From: Eledone cirrhosa
Taxonomy: Eukaryota
Assembly: GCA_964016885.1 (NCBI GenBank)
Contig: OZ024747.1
Coordinates: 73,036,001 to 73,100,000 of the forward strand
Reading direction: 5' to 3'
DNA: 64,000 nucleotides
The notes beneath the pieces are model-generated. The model was given only the letters and a program-made list of their open reading frames with translations. It made no database searches and was not told the origin of the DNA. The position numbers were made by a program, and so were the translations under genes. How positions within the stretch are numbered: the first letter of the stretch is position 1; every line of letters starts with the position of its first letter. Positions 52,932 to 64,000 of the stretch are shown here, piece by piece.

Positions 52932-52933
<2 letters not shown>
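52529..52933. mobile_element. ORF-less family-A PLE insertion: inverted pLTR (52529-52831) fused to a short direct 3' end plus tail (52834-52933), in (TA)n
   Basis: 52529-52831 matches 11022-11325. 52834-52933 is the reverse complement of about 10963-11062. Confidence 0.88.
52687..52729 (-). ncRNA. Minimal hammerhead ribozyme (family A)
   Basis: Identical to the 11173-11215 motif. Confidence 0.85.
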
Positions 52934-52967
<34 letters not shown>

Positions 52968-53318
52968 TAGAAATCACCGCGAACTCGCTGCATCACTATG
53001 GAAGCGTCTTGTTGAGTCAAACTAAGCCATACGTTAAAACCATCCACAACGCGGAGTACTCTAACTGGACTACCTCTAAGTGGATTACCTACAACGATAA
53101 CTTGTTATCCCGTATATATATATATATATATATATATTTCCCTATATGTGTATGGAAAGAAGAGTTGTAAGTATAAACGGTCACATAACAAATTTTAACT
53201 GTTTGAGCATTGAACACGTTAGAGTTCTGAAATAAAAAGTTGGTAGTTATTTTGAAGAATAAATATTTATATGATATATATATGTATATATAACTGAACA
53301 AAAAGGAAAAGCAAACAT

Positions 53319-53390
<72 letters not shown>

Positions 53391-54609
53391 TCAGATCGCA
53401 ATGGACCAAAATCGCTAAGGTGAAAAAAATGAGACTATTTTGAGTTTCTAACTCAATACATGCTTTTGATATATGTATATATATATGTATATATATATGT
53501 ATATATATATGTATATATCTAGGGAGTGCAACTTGGAGTTACTGCAGGTTCACCCGGGTGAGCACTCGATGTTTAGGTTCACTTCTGTGTTGAGGTGTAG
53601 AGCTATATATATACACATGTGTATATATATATATGCACATACTCACACACATATACACATATACGTCGACACATAGACATGCAGACACACATATATATGT
53701 ATATAAAAATATAAGTGCTATAAAGCCCATCACTCATAAATGACTATAATCTGTAAGCATCAATCCTACAGGCTGGCTTTCTTAAAGATGTTTACTTGGC
53801 TGTGAGCCGAAGACTGGAATAGAGAGGTCACTCACAGCGTTAAACATATCTAATTGATTTCAACTTCCGATGTTTTACTCAATTTTAACAGACCCCAACC
53901 TATTTGGCAAGGACATTCTACATTCAATTTTGGTTCCAGCTATGCGGCAAAATATCTTACATACATTAACACGGACACCGATAAAATTCTCGACAATGGA
54001 ACTACAAATATTACAAACCCATTACTGTGAAACCACACATACACATATCTCTATCTCTCTTACCTCTCTCTCTATACATGCACACTTACACACACATACA
54101 CGCACACATACACGCACATATATATACACATATATACACACACAGATACATACGCACACATATATAAAAAATGTTAGATTTGACAGAGTTGTCAGAACGT
54201 TCTAGTTCTCTGGGTTGAGAGTTCAAATCCCATCGAGGTCAACATTGCCTTTCCTTCTTTCAAGGTCGATAAAGAAAATATCATCCCAGCACTGGTGTAG
54301 CCCCCTTTCTCCTTCCAACTCTCACATCCTGGATATTATGTAGTATAAGGGGGGGGGGGGGGTTTAGGAGGGTGTCTATATCTGCTAACAACTGCATAGA
54401 AACCCAAATCTCTTAGAGAAAGTATGGTACATATTGCCAAGATACTCGTTTGCGAATGACGATTATAGTATGTGTTCACACACACATACACACACACACA
54501 CACACACGCACACACACACATATATATATATATACATATATATAATTACAGAAACATATACGAAATAAGGTTTACATGGTGGTAAGAAACTCTTAGGAGA
54601 CTTTGAAAG

Positions 54610-54900
54610 CAGAAAGTCTTCAGAGAAGAAGACCCTCCCCTCAAGCGAGTGTTTCATCCCTTAACTTCTTACACTCTAAGGCTGCGTCCATGTCATGACC
54701 CCTAGGTGCCCTCCTGCTAACATTTAGCCATTCGGATTTCGGAGACTTGCAGTATATTCAAACAATGTCTCCGAATTTGTGTTCCATCTTGTCCGCCGGG
54801 CACAGCTGATACACCACTCAGACTGGTTGTAGGGCTCGTCGCTTTCTCTTTCCCTTTCCTTTAGTGCTTGATTCTTTTTTTTGTTCTTTTTTCCCCTTTT
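54610..54900 (+). mobile_element. Degenerate CRE-like 3' end
   Basis: Shares the stop-region and 3' UTR motif with 63400-63500 (reverse complement). Confidence 0.45.
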
Positions 54901-55494
54901 AATGTCTTTTTTGTTCTCTTTAATAGTCTGTTTTGTATTAGAATGCGAATCAAATATAAAAAAAATTCAGTAGTCTCCCTCGAAAAGAAAATGGTAAGAA
55001 AATAATTGGTATCATTCCAAATACTAAATGTGCTGCTTAAAAAACATAAAACAGCTTTGAAATCAAGTTTAAACATCTTTTCTAGCCCCACTCTCAAATA
55101 CTTTTTCAAGACATTTCTTTGTTAACTAGTATACTTTCTCCAGTATCTATTCTTAGAAGCCTCCTGTGTCAAATGTTTTCTTTGATTCCTTTAATTATCA
55201 AGAAGTACTTTAATCGTTAGTTAAAAGTACAATGCCATGATAGAGTGCTTCCAGCAACACTATTATTGATAGTATTTTATTGTGCAATCAGAAGAATGGA
55301 ATTTGTTTGATCAGTAAATCTTCTTCAACTGAAAACTATCAGATTGAGTGTACATATACACTTAGATTCATTCACTACAGATTCCTTCTGTTACAATACT
55401 GCTGATGCATCACCCCATTCTTAAGATAATATATTTGAAGAACTCTTGTTTGCCAAACACAACTTTGAATTATACACAACAATCATGCATTTTA

Positions 55495-55745
55495 ACCATG
55501 TCCGTAGTATCAAAGCTGTGATCTCTCAATTCGGAGAAGTAGCTGTTATACCTGGAGCGACTCTTTGATCTACGAGCTACATATTCTATTGTGTAATGTT
55601 ATTCCAAGGAACCTTCGGAGGAATCCATTTTGGCGGCTTTTATTCACGATCCTATTCTTTCGGTCATTACCCAAGATTCATGACCATGGGTAAGGGTTGG
55701 CATAAATACAGAATTGAAGATAGCAAGTTTAGCTATTACAACTAT
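55495..55745 (-). mobile_element. RTE (Expander/Rex3-like) RT C-terminal fragment
   Basis: AKLAIFNSVFMPTLTHGHESWVMTERIGS*IKAAKM. Confidence 0.7.
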
Positions 55746-56163
55746 CACCGCCTGATTACGTAATAGCATGTATCTCCATCGAACACTAAAAAATATACAG
55801 GAGTGTCAAATAAACAGTTAGTTAACTATCTTTGTCATATCCAACATCCTAAATCTCGCAAATCTCGGATATTCTTCGGACAGCTTTATGCTGCTTGGCA
55901 TCAGAGAAAATTACTCTCCCAGTATTGTTGAAATCATTGTTATTTCATAGGATATGAAATAGAGACAATGTAGACACTATTTAAATATTTATATAGTATT
56001 TTTTCTTGCCCAGTGTCTATTCAACCAACACCATTATCCATTATTTCAACTATACTTAATAGTTCTCGTTTCTATTTATATCTACACTATAACTACACAT
56101 ACATACGTACAATGATATACACATACACACATACATTATATATATAAATATATATTATATATA

Positions 56164-56222
<59 letters not shown>

Positions 56223-56233
56223 ATAATCTGTTA

Positions 56234-56278
<45 letters not shown>

Positions 56279-56282
56279 ATAA

Positions 56283-56348
<66 letters not shown>

Positions 56349-56448
56349 ATATATAATATAAATATATATATATATGTATGTTATGAATATATATACAGTA
56401 TATATATATGTATGTATGTTTGTATGTATACACACACACAGACACTCA

Positions 56449-56501
<53 letters not shown>

Positions 56502-56906
56502 TGATGGAGACAATAGTCTCATTACTAGAAACATATTCAACTTTATTCCTGTTTTCCGTTCAGCCATTCACCAACGTGTGTATGATAGCAATTTATATTG
56601 ATCTCTTTGTCTTTATATCTTTTATCTCCTAATATAAATCAGTTTTTAACTACGATTTTCAAATAAATAAATGAATAAACAAGTAACGCCATCTTTATTT
56701 TGTGATGATGTTTAATAAGTTCTAGTTACTATTATTGCTTTGGCTCTCATTCCTTACCAGAATTTCTACATCTCAATATTTTATGTTGTTGTTGTTGTTG
56801 TTGTATGAGGGCGTCATGTGATTACGTATATTCTTACTGTTGTTAATGTTACGCCATTGTTAAATATTTATTAGCTTTAATGTTTTGGGGGATGTCGCCG
56901 CCGCCT

Positions 56907-56957
<51 letters not shown>

Positions 56958-56989
56958 ATACTACTACTACTGCTGCTGCTGCTGCGGCT

Positions 56990-57320
56990 GTTCAGCTCTT
57001 CCCCTGTCCAGATGATCACCCCCGCCCCATATCTAAAGAGTGATACCACCCATGTATTGATAGCTTCCATCTTATTCCATCCATTCAATTTTCACTCGAG
57101 AATAAGTCTCAGTCTGTATTCCACCTTAACGTTTTATTCCCTCCTGCATCATCTTATTAACTTCCAACAACCTAAGTACGTGTAATCTTTCTCTTCTATT
57201 TGCTTCATAACCTTTGTTGATGGCAGAACCAACACCTCAATACTTTCAAGTTTGCCTCTCTTCAAGATTAATACACCACATCTTTTTACTCCGAACTCCA
57301 TCTGATACCAGCACTAAATG
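56990..57320 (-). mobile_element. R4/Dong-clade non-LTR RT fragment next to (CTA)n
   Basis: Motifs KCGVLILKRGK (with frameshift), YTYLG and NGWNKMEAINTWVVSLFRYGAGVIIWTGEEL. Confidence 0.7.
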
Positions 57321-59152
57321 TATATACCGTGTCAACAAGGGAACCAAGCTGGGATTCATTCTTACCATAGAATACATACGTGTGTATATATGCACACATA
57401 CACATGCAGGCACCAACACGCATACACATATGTGGATACATATGTGTATGGCTATATGTATAGCTGGGTTTTCACGTACATACACATAATTAATGACGGA
57501 CGGGTAATCGTGCACGTACTGACGTACATAAACTAGTAAGAGGAATGACATATTGACGGAGGGATAATGAGATAGATAGATAGAAAGATAGATGCATATA
57601 TATACAGATAGATGGATAGATAGATAGATGGATAGATAGATAGATAGATAGGGAGAGAAGGGATGTGAGAGAAAAAGAAAGAAATTGATTGGGCTAGAGA
57701 AATACATAGAGAGTGGTGTGTGTGGCCAGTGATGTGTATCGGTATAAATATACTTGAAAAATAAGCAGCCGTTAAGCACAAGTAATGTATATAAAGGCAT
57801 TATTGTTTTGACCCAAATCTATGAGGTAATTTCTTTTAGATAATATTTTCATGACGAATGGCTTTGCTTGTTCGTTGCTCCTTTGGATGTCTGTGAAGTG
57901 ATGGATGACTGCAGCCAATTTATTTTGTATTTTAATAACTCACACTGAAAAAATTGTTCCTATTTTAATCCCCCCTCTCTCTCTTTTCCATCACTCTCTC
58001 TCACCCCTCTATCTCCACCCTCTCTCTCTTTCCCCTTTACTCTCTTTCTCTCTTTCTGTCAACTCTCTGCTCCGTTTAGTACACTCTTCTATTCCGACTT
58101 CTTTTTCTGTTCCAGATATTTTAGAATTACTTGTTTTGTTTTGACCAAATGCCAAGTCTTACAGAACAGGACAGGATATACACTCGATTCAACTGATCCA
58201 AATGTACTAAAAAGGATGGGGGAGGAAATATAGATTTTTAGCATTGTATGATTCGAACATAAAACACTAAAGTATTAATCTCGGTCGTTAGAGCCCTGGA
58301 GTCTTGTGGTTTTTGTTAGACACTCTGAGTTCTGACATCAAATCTCGGCGAGGTTATATTTTAACCTTTCAACCTTTCTGGGTCAATAAAATAAAGGACC
58401 AGTCTAGGGTGGTGGATTGGTGGAATGTTTAGAACGTCGGCCGAGATGTCTTGTTCTGACTCTATGTGTTCTGTGTTCAAATTTCACCGTGGCCTACGTT
58501 GATGGTAGACTTAATCCATCAACCGGTTTAACACCACCACCACCTGGCCGTTTGCTCCATTTGGCCGAGTCCATTTTGTTGCAAGCATTCGGGACAGGTC
58601 TCCGATTTGATAATACTTTCCTATTGCGTACCAATTATGGAGGACCAGAATGTGCCATAGCCACTTAACTTTCTTCTCTGCCTAAATAGTAAAACAACAA
58701 CTTTACAGTAAATGATCAAATATGGCAGACGTTCTGTAGACTCAATCCTAATACCAACCATTCAATATTCATGTATAATCTCAATAAACTGAATTATCAT
58801 ACATTATGTTATTGCTCCATATAATACAGTAAGAATTTCACCGAAACTTTATGATTAATATATACATATATTTTTGGGTATTGTTTTGTATATATCTATT
58901 TAATGTGATTGATTTAATGATGATGTTTTCTCAGTGAGATCATTATTGATTCTTGGTCATCACATTAGAAATACATCCCCCCCCCACCACAAGATATATA
59001 TATATATATACACACAACACGATCGAATAAGTGATTATGAGATAGACGCGTATGAATATATTAGATATTGGAAGATGAGTGGGGAGGAATGTAGTTAAAG
59101 AGAGAAAGAGTAAATGGAATATGCACTGAATAGTAGAAAAGACAGAAGGAGA

Positions 59153-59216
<64 letters not shown>

Positions 59217-59494
59217 AAGGACTGGGAGTAGGGAGGGGAAGCTACCGACATACTGACCAAATAATTCACTATATCACGCTACCAAATGGAAACGTAGACA
59301 AAATTTCAGATTATCAACAGACAAGACAATGTTATTGGGCTTGTCTGCTATTGATGTCTTTATGGTATGTCATATTTCCAATTTCATTCTAAGTTATTTA
59401 TATATTGAACACATTTAATTGGAAAATAAAAATAAAATAATGTTGCTTCATCGTCTGACAGGAGCACGTGTTTTAATCCCATAAATATAGTATA

Positions 59495-59532
<38 letters not shown>

Positions 59533-59535
59533 TCT

Positions 59536-59586
<51 letters not shown>

Positions 59587-60392
59587 GTGTAAATATACAA
59601 TGTGAATTTTTTGCAATCCAAAAATAGCTACTTTTTCTAGTCTATAAAAAAGATTCCACTGTATCTCATCCAAATGTGGAGTACATATTATTGTCTTATG
59701 AATCTTCAGAATCAGCCATTCTGTGTATCGAACACACACTCTGCATGAGGGTTTTGACTCTGGTTGTATCGGCAAAGAAATGTCGATGGAATATCAAATA
59801 CATTGAGATGCCTAATAGGTGAAACTTTGGCCTTACTTAAGCTTCGCTTAAAAAAGAGAGAAACTGATGTAAGGTTGTCAATTAAGACAGGCACAACTAT
59901 AAAAGCACCAGGATTTAGTTCTACAAGGCGAACATCGGACATGTGATGGAACACACATCTGAAATTTCAGAGGAAGTACGTTCACTTAATATTTACTGAT
60001 TAGATTTGTAAAAATCTTCTCAATCCATATGATAAATTAAAGCTTTGTACTTGGTCTTTAAGGCGGCGAATTGGCAGAGTCGTTAGAACATCAGAGTAAA
60101 AATCCCGCCAAGGTCAATTTTGCTTTCCATCCTTTCGAGGTCGATAAAAATGTACCAGTCAAGTACTAGGGTCGAATCTTCCTCTATATTTCTTTATCAC
60201 TTCCATCTTCTCACTCTCTCTAATCTGGAAGTTTGTTTATATATATATATATATGGTACCCATTTACGTGTGTTGTATTGAGTCAAATAACTTTGTGTCT
60301 ACTCTGGGATTTATACATAACCTTACCTATTGAGTACGCCGACATGTAACCGGGACTAGCAGGGAAACCTTATGCTAGTCTCGTTAACCTCT

Positions 60393-60429
<37 letters not shown>

Positions 60430-62024
60430 ATTGTAACGTTGATATCATGTTTCGTATAAGTACGATTTATCCTACTTCTTTATATAATTTCCTATCCTAT
60501 TTATCATCTTGTTATTTATTGATTATTTGTAAGGTTTTCATTTCATTTCCTAACCAATATTTTATTGTCTTTTTTCACTATTTTCCTGTAACTTAGTTCA
60601 CTTTAAAACATTTGCCCTTGAGCAAGTATTACTGCCTTTAACCACGATGACAGCAGTGTAAAGGTTCTTCTAGAGAGTCTCAAATGTCGATCGTTTAACA
60701 CATTTTATATAAGTTCTCCAACTAAGGCATCCTTTAAAACTTAACATTTAATCTTTTGTGTCTTCCCTACAAAAGAAATGAACTTGTTTCCTTCCGCCTT
60801 TTTTATTTAGGATATCTTTTTCTTTTCTTTTTATATTTATCTTTTTTTTACTTTTAATATTTTACTTTTTTATTTTTTATATTTACATTTTTTTTACTTT
60901 TTAGATTTTATCTTTTTATACTTTTTTTATTTTTTTTTATTTCAACCTTTTTATATTCTTTATATTTTACCTCTTTTTATATTTTACGATTATATTTGCT
61001 ATTGTCTCTGCCCTTCATTCAATTCTGTATTCTCCTTCTATTATAAATTTCTTTAATTATTTATTACAAAATCCAGTTTCCTTAGTGTCCTATCATTTCT
61101 TTTTCTGCTGACACAAACCGACCACTTCCCAATCCCGATGTTCACTTATTTCTTGCTTTTCTTTCACAAATCATTCTTCTAATATTTCTCCAATACTAGC
61201 TTTTGTTTTTCTTTTGTCTTCAACTTTTTATTCATTTTTCTTATTGTCATTTCTTCTTTTACTTTTCAATTTCCTTCCTTTCAAATATTTCCTTTATATT
61301 TTCAAAACTTTTCCATTGTCCATTCATTATTTCATTACTTTTTACTATCATTTTTTTCTTCCTTTCTTTCTCTCTTTATTTGGCACTATTTTCTTTGCAC
61401 ATATAAGTTTCTTCTTCTTCTTCTTCTTCTTCTTCTTCTTCTTCTTCTTCTTCTTCTTCTTCTTCTTCATCATCATCATCATCATCATCATCATCGTCAT
61501 CGTCAACATCACCACTACCACCACCACTAATACAGGTTTCCTGACCCTGTTAGAATATCAGACCAGCGGAAATTGAAAATAAAGGAAATAAAATAAAATA
61601 AAATAGAATAAAATAAAATAAAATAATCAAGAAAAACCAATATAAAGAGACAAACAAAATGAAGCACACATGCATGTAACAACAACAAAAACAACAACAA
61701 CTACAACAACTAAACAACAACAACAACTACAACAACGACAACAACAACAACTCGTATAGCAACGGTAAAGTCAAAGATGACGAAAAATAAACACATACAC
61801 ATAAACACACACATTATACACACACACACACACACACACATACACACACATATATATATACAAAGTGAATATATATATACAGAAGTGAATGCAGAGACGC
61901 CGTAGTCACAAACACACAAAATATAACAAGAACAATTAAAATGAAAGAAGGTAAACACTGAAACAGAGAGATAGATAACTGTATAGAGAGAGGAAGGGAA
62001 ATAGAGAGAGTGTGTGTGTAGGTG

Positions 62025-62091
<67 letters not shown>

Positions 62092-62254
62092 GCGAGAGAA
62101 AAAGAGAGACAGAGATAGGGAGGGAGAGACTGAGAGAAAGAAAAAGAAAGAAAATGAGAGTGAAAACGGATTTTAGATTTGAAATCGATTCCTGGACTCT
62201 GTCGACAATGATTAACCATAGAATGTTCTAGTTATCTAGTTCTGCATCTCTGCC

Positions 62255-62314
<60 letters not shown>

Positions 62315-62357
62315 AATATACACATACTTATATAAATATAAAAACATAATTATATTG

Positions 62358-62404
<47 letters not shown>

Positions 62405-63025
62405 CACACACATATATATACATACACATATATATGCATATATGTATGTATATATGTATGCATAGATATCTATAGAAACATTAATATATACGCGTATGCG
62501 TATGCATGTATGTGTGTGTGCATGTATGTATGAATGCATGCAATTACATGGATGTAGCATATAATATATACATGTATGTGTGTTGCATGTGTGTAGGAAC
62601 GTGGGTGTATGTATGTGCGTCGGTTCATGGTAACACAATGTGGAACCATGCACCCTGTCCTTAGACACCAGGATTGTTTTCTCTTTTTTATTTTCGTCTA
62701 TTTATTTTCTTAATTCTCTATTGAGCCAAATGTGAATGGAGAGTGAGGTCGGTAGATGGCGCGAAACATGTCTTTTTATTCAAATCATTATTCGGCTCGA
62801 TTGAAATCACCACATATAGAGATACACGTATATACATAGATACGTACATACATAGATACGTATATACATAGATACGTATATACATATATACGTATATACA
62901 CGTATATATACGTACATTCATACATGAAAACATACATAAATAAATGTTTGTATGCATGTATGAATATATGTATATATGTATGTATGAATATATGTATGTA
63001 TATGTATGTATGTATTTATATATGA

Positions 63026-63058
<33 letters not shown>

Positions 63059-63399
63059 TGTACGCGCGTGTTTCTGACGTTCTGATAATTGTTTTATTTT
63101 CTACAAAATTGGATCCTATTTAGTGTTGGCAGTGAAAGGAGTGTGGGTTGTAGTGTCATTGTAGTGTCATTGTAATGATGTTCTGGTGGAGGATGTATAG
63201 AGGTGGTATGGTGCTAGATGTTATTCACTATGGAGTCGTGCTGTAGCTATAGAAAGTGATGGCGTGGTCTTAGTGAATTTCTGGTTTAGTGGCCTTGTTT
63301 ATTTTTTCTCTATATATTTCTCTTTCTTTATTTTATAAAGCCGCTTATAGAAAAACATAACACTATTAAAGGGAACAAATAAAGAAGGAAAAAAGGAAA

Positions 63400-63760
63400 T
63401 GAAAAGAAGAAACAAAGAATCATGCAATGAAAGAAAGGGAAAAAGGAAGGGTCCCTACAACCAGGCCAAGTGATGTCTCAGCCGCGCCTAGCGAACAAGA
63501 CAGTAAAGGTGTTACCGTGGGGAATGGCCAGAGACACCCGCTGCAACCGCCACCCCACCTTACGGGGCTCCCTCACCAACTGGGTATAATGTAGGTGGAA
63601 TGCCAGTGGGGTAGTATCTGTGACAAGCTCCTGTTTATACGACCTGTGATCAGACATGACCACCCTGCTTTCTTTTTTATCCACTACATTACCAATTGTT
63701 TCGATTTGTAAGTCAAGACATGCTGCTCTTTCTAGCAGGTTGAGGGGCACATAGCGGGTT
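63400..63760 (-). mobile_element. CRE-clade 3' end
   Basis: REPRKVGWRLQRVSLAIPHGNTFTVL. The 3' UTR CTGGTTGTAGGG..TTTCCCTTTC is shared with about 54823-54860. Confidence 0.6.
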
Positions 63761-64000
63761 CCTTTTATGATCAGTGTGGTGGTGAAAATTTAGCTATAGT
63801 GCTTCTTTTGGTGGTGATGTGGTTGTGTGGTGTTTGGTAGAGAGGCTTTGTTGATTTTACTGCAGTTAATGTTGTAGTTCTACTAAAGGACAATATTGGT
63901 GTTAACAGAGGAAACAAAAAAAACAAAAAAAAAAACAAACAATATGGTGGTAATGATAACACTGCTGGTAATAATAGTGATAACGGCGGTTGTGTTCAGA

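Overview
AT-rich, microsatellite-saturated eukaryotic DNA. The SINE families and simple-repeat content point to a coleoid cephalopod, probably Octopus (inferred). I found no convincing host exon, so the window looks intronic or intergenic. Almost all ORF-track entries are microsatellite artefacts. The only real coding remnants are transposable elements: a 5'-truncated, frameshifted Penelope-like element (RT + GIY-YIG) with inverted pseudo-LTRs at about 10963-13607, a Tx1/L1 zf-RVT tail, and degenerate RTE, R4/Dong and CRE fragments. There are also many tRNA-derived SINEs, two non-autonomous Helitrons, and mariner- and piggyBac-type MITEs. The most striking signal is about 15 minimal type I hammerhead-ribozyme motifs in at least six unrelated sequence families, including core variants (U3-A8 covariant, U4A, G5A-inactivated). 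They sit in pseudo-LTR-like modules at microsatellites, mostly (TA)n, often with a recurrent [inverted arm]-[direct arm + tail] fold-back architecture. Coordinates were read by eye, and boundaries of decayed repeats are approximate.
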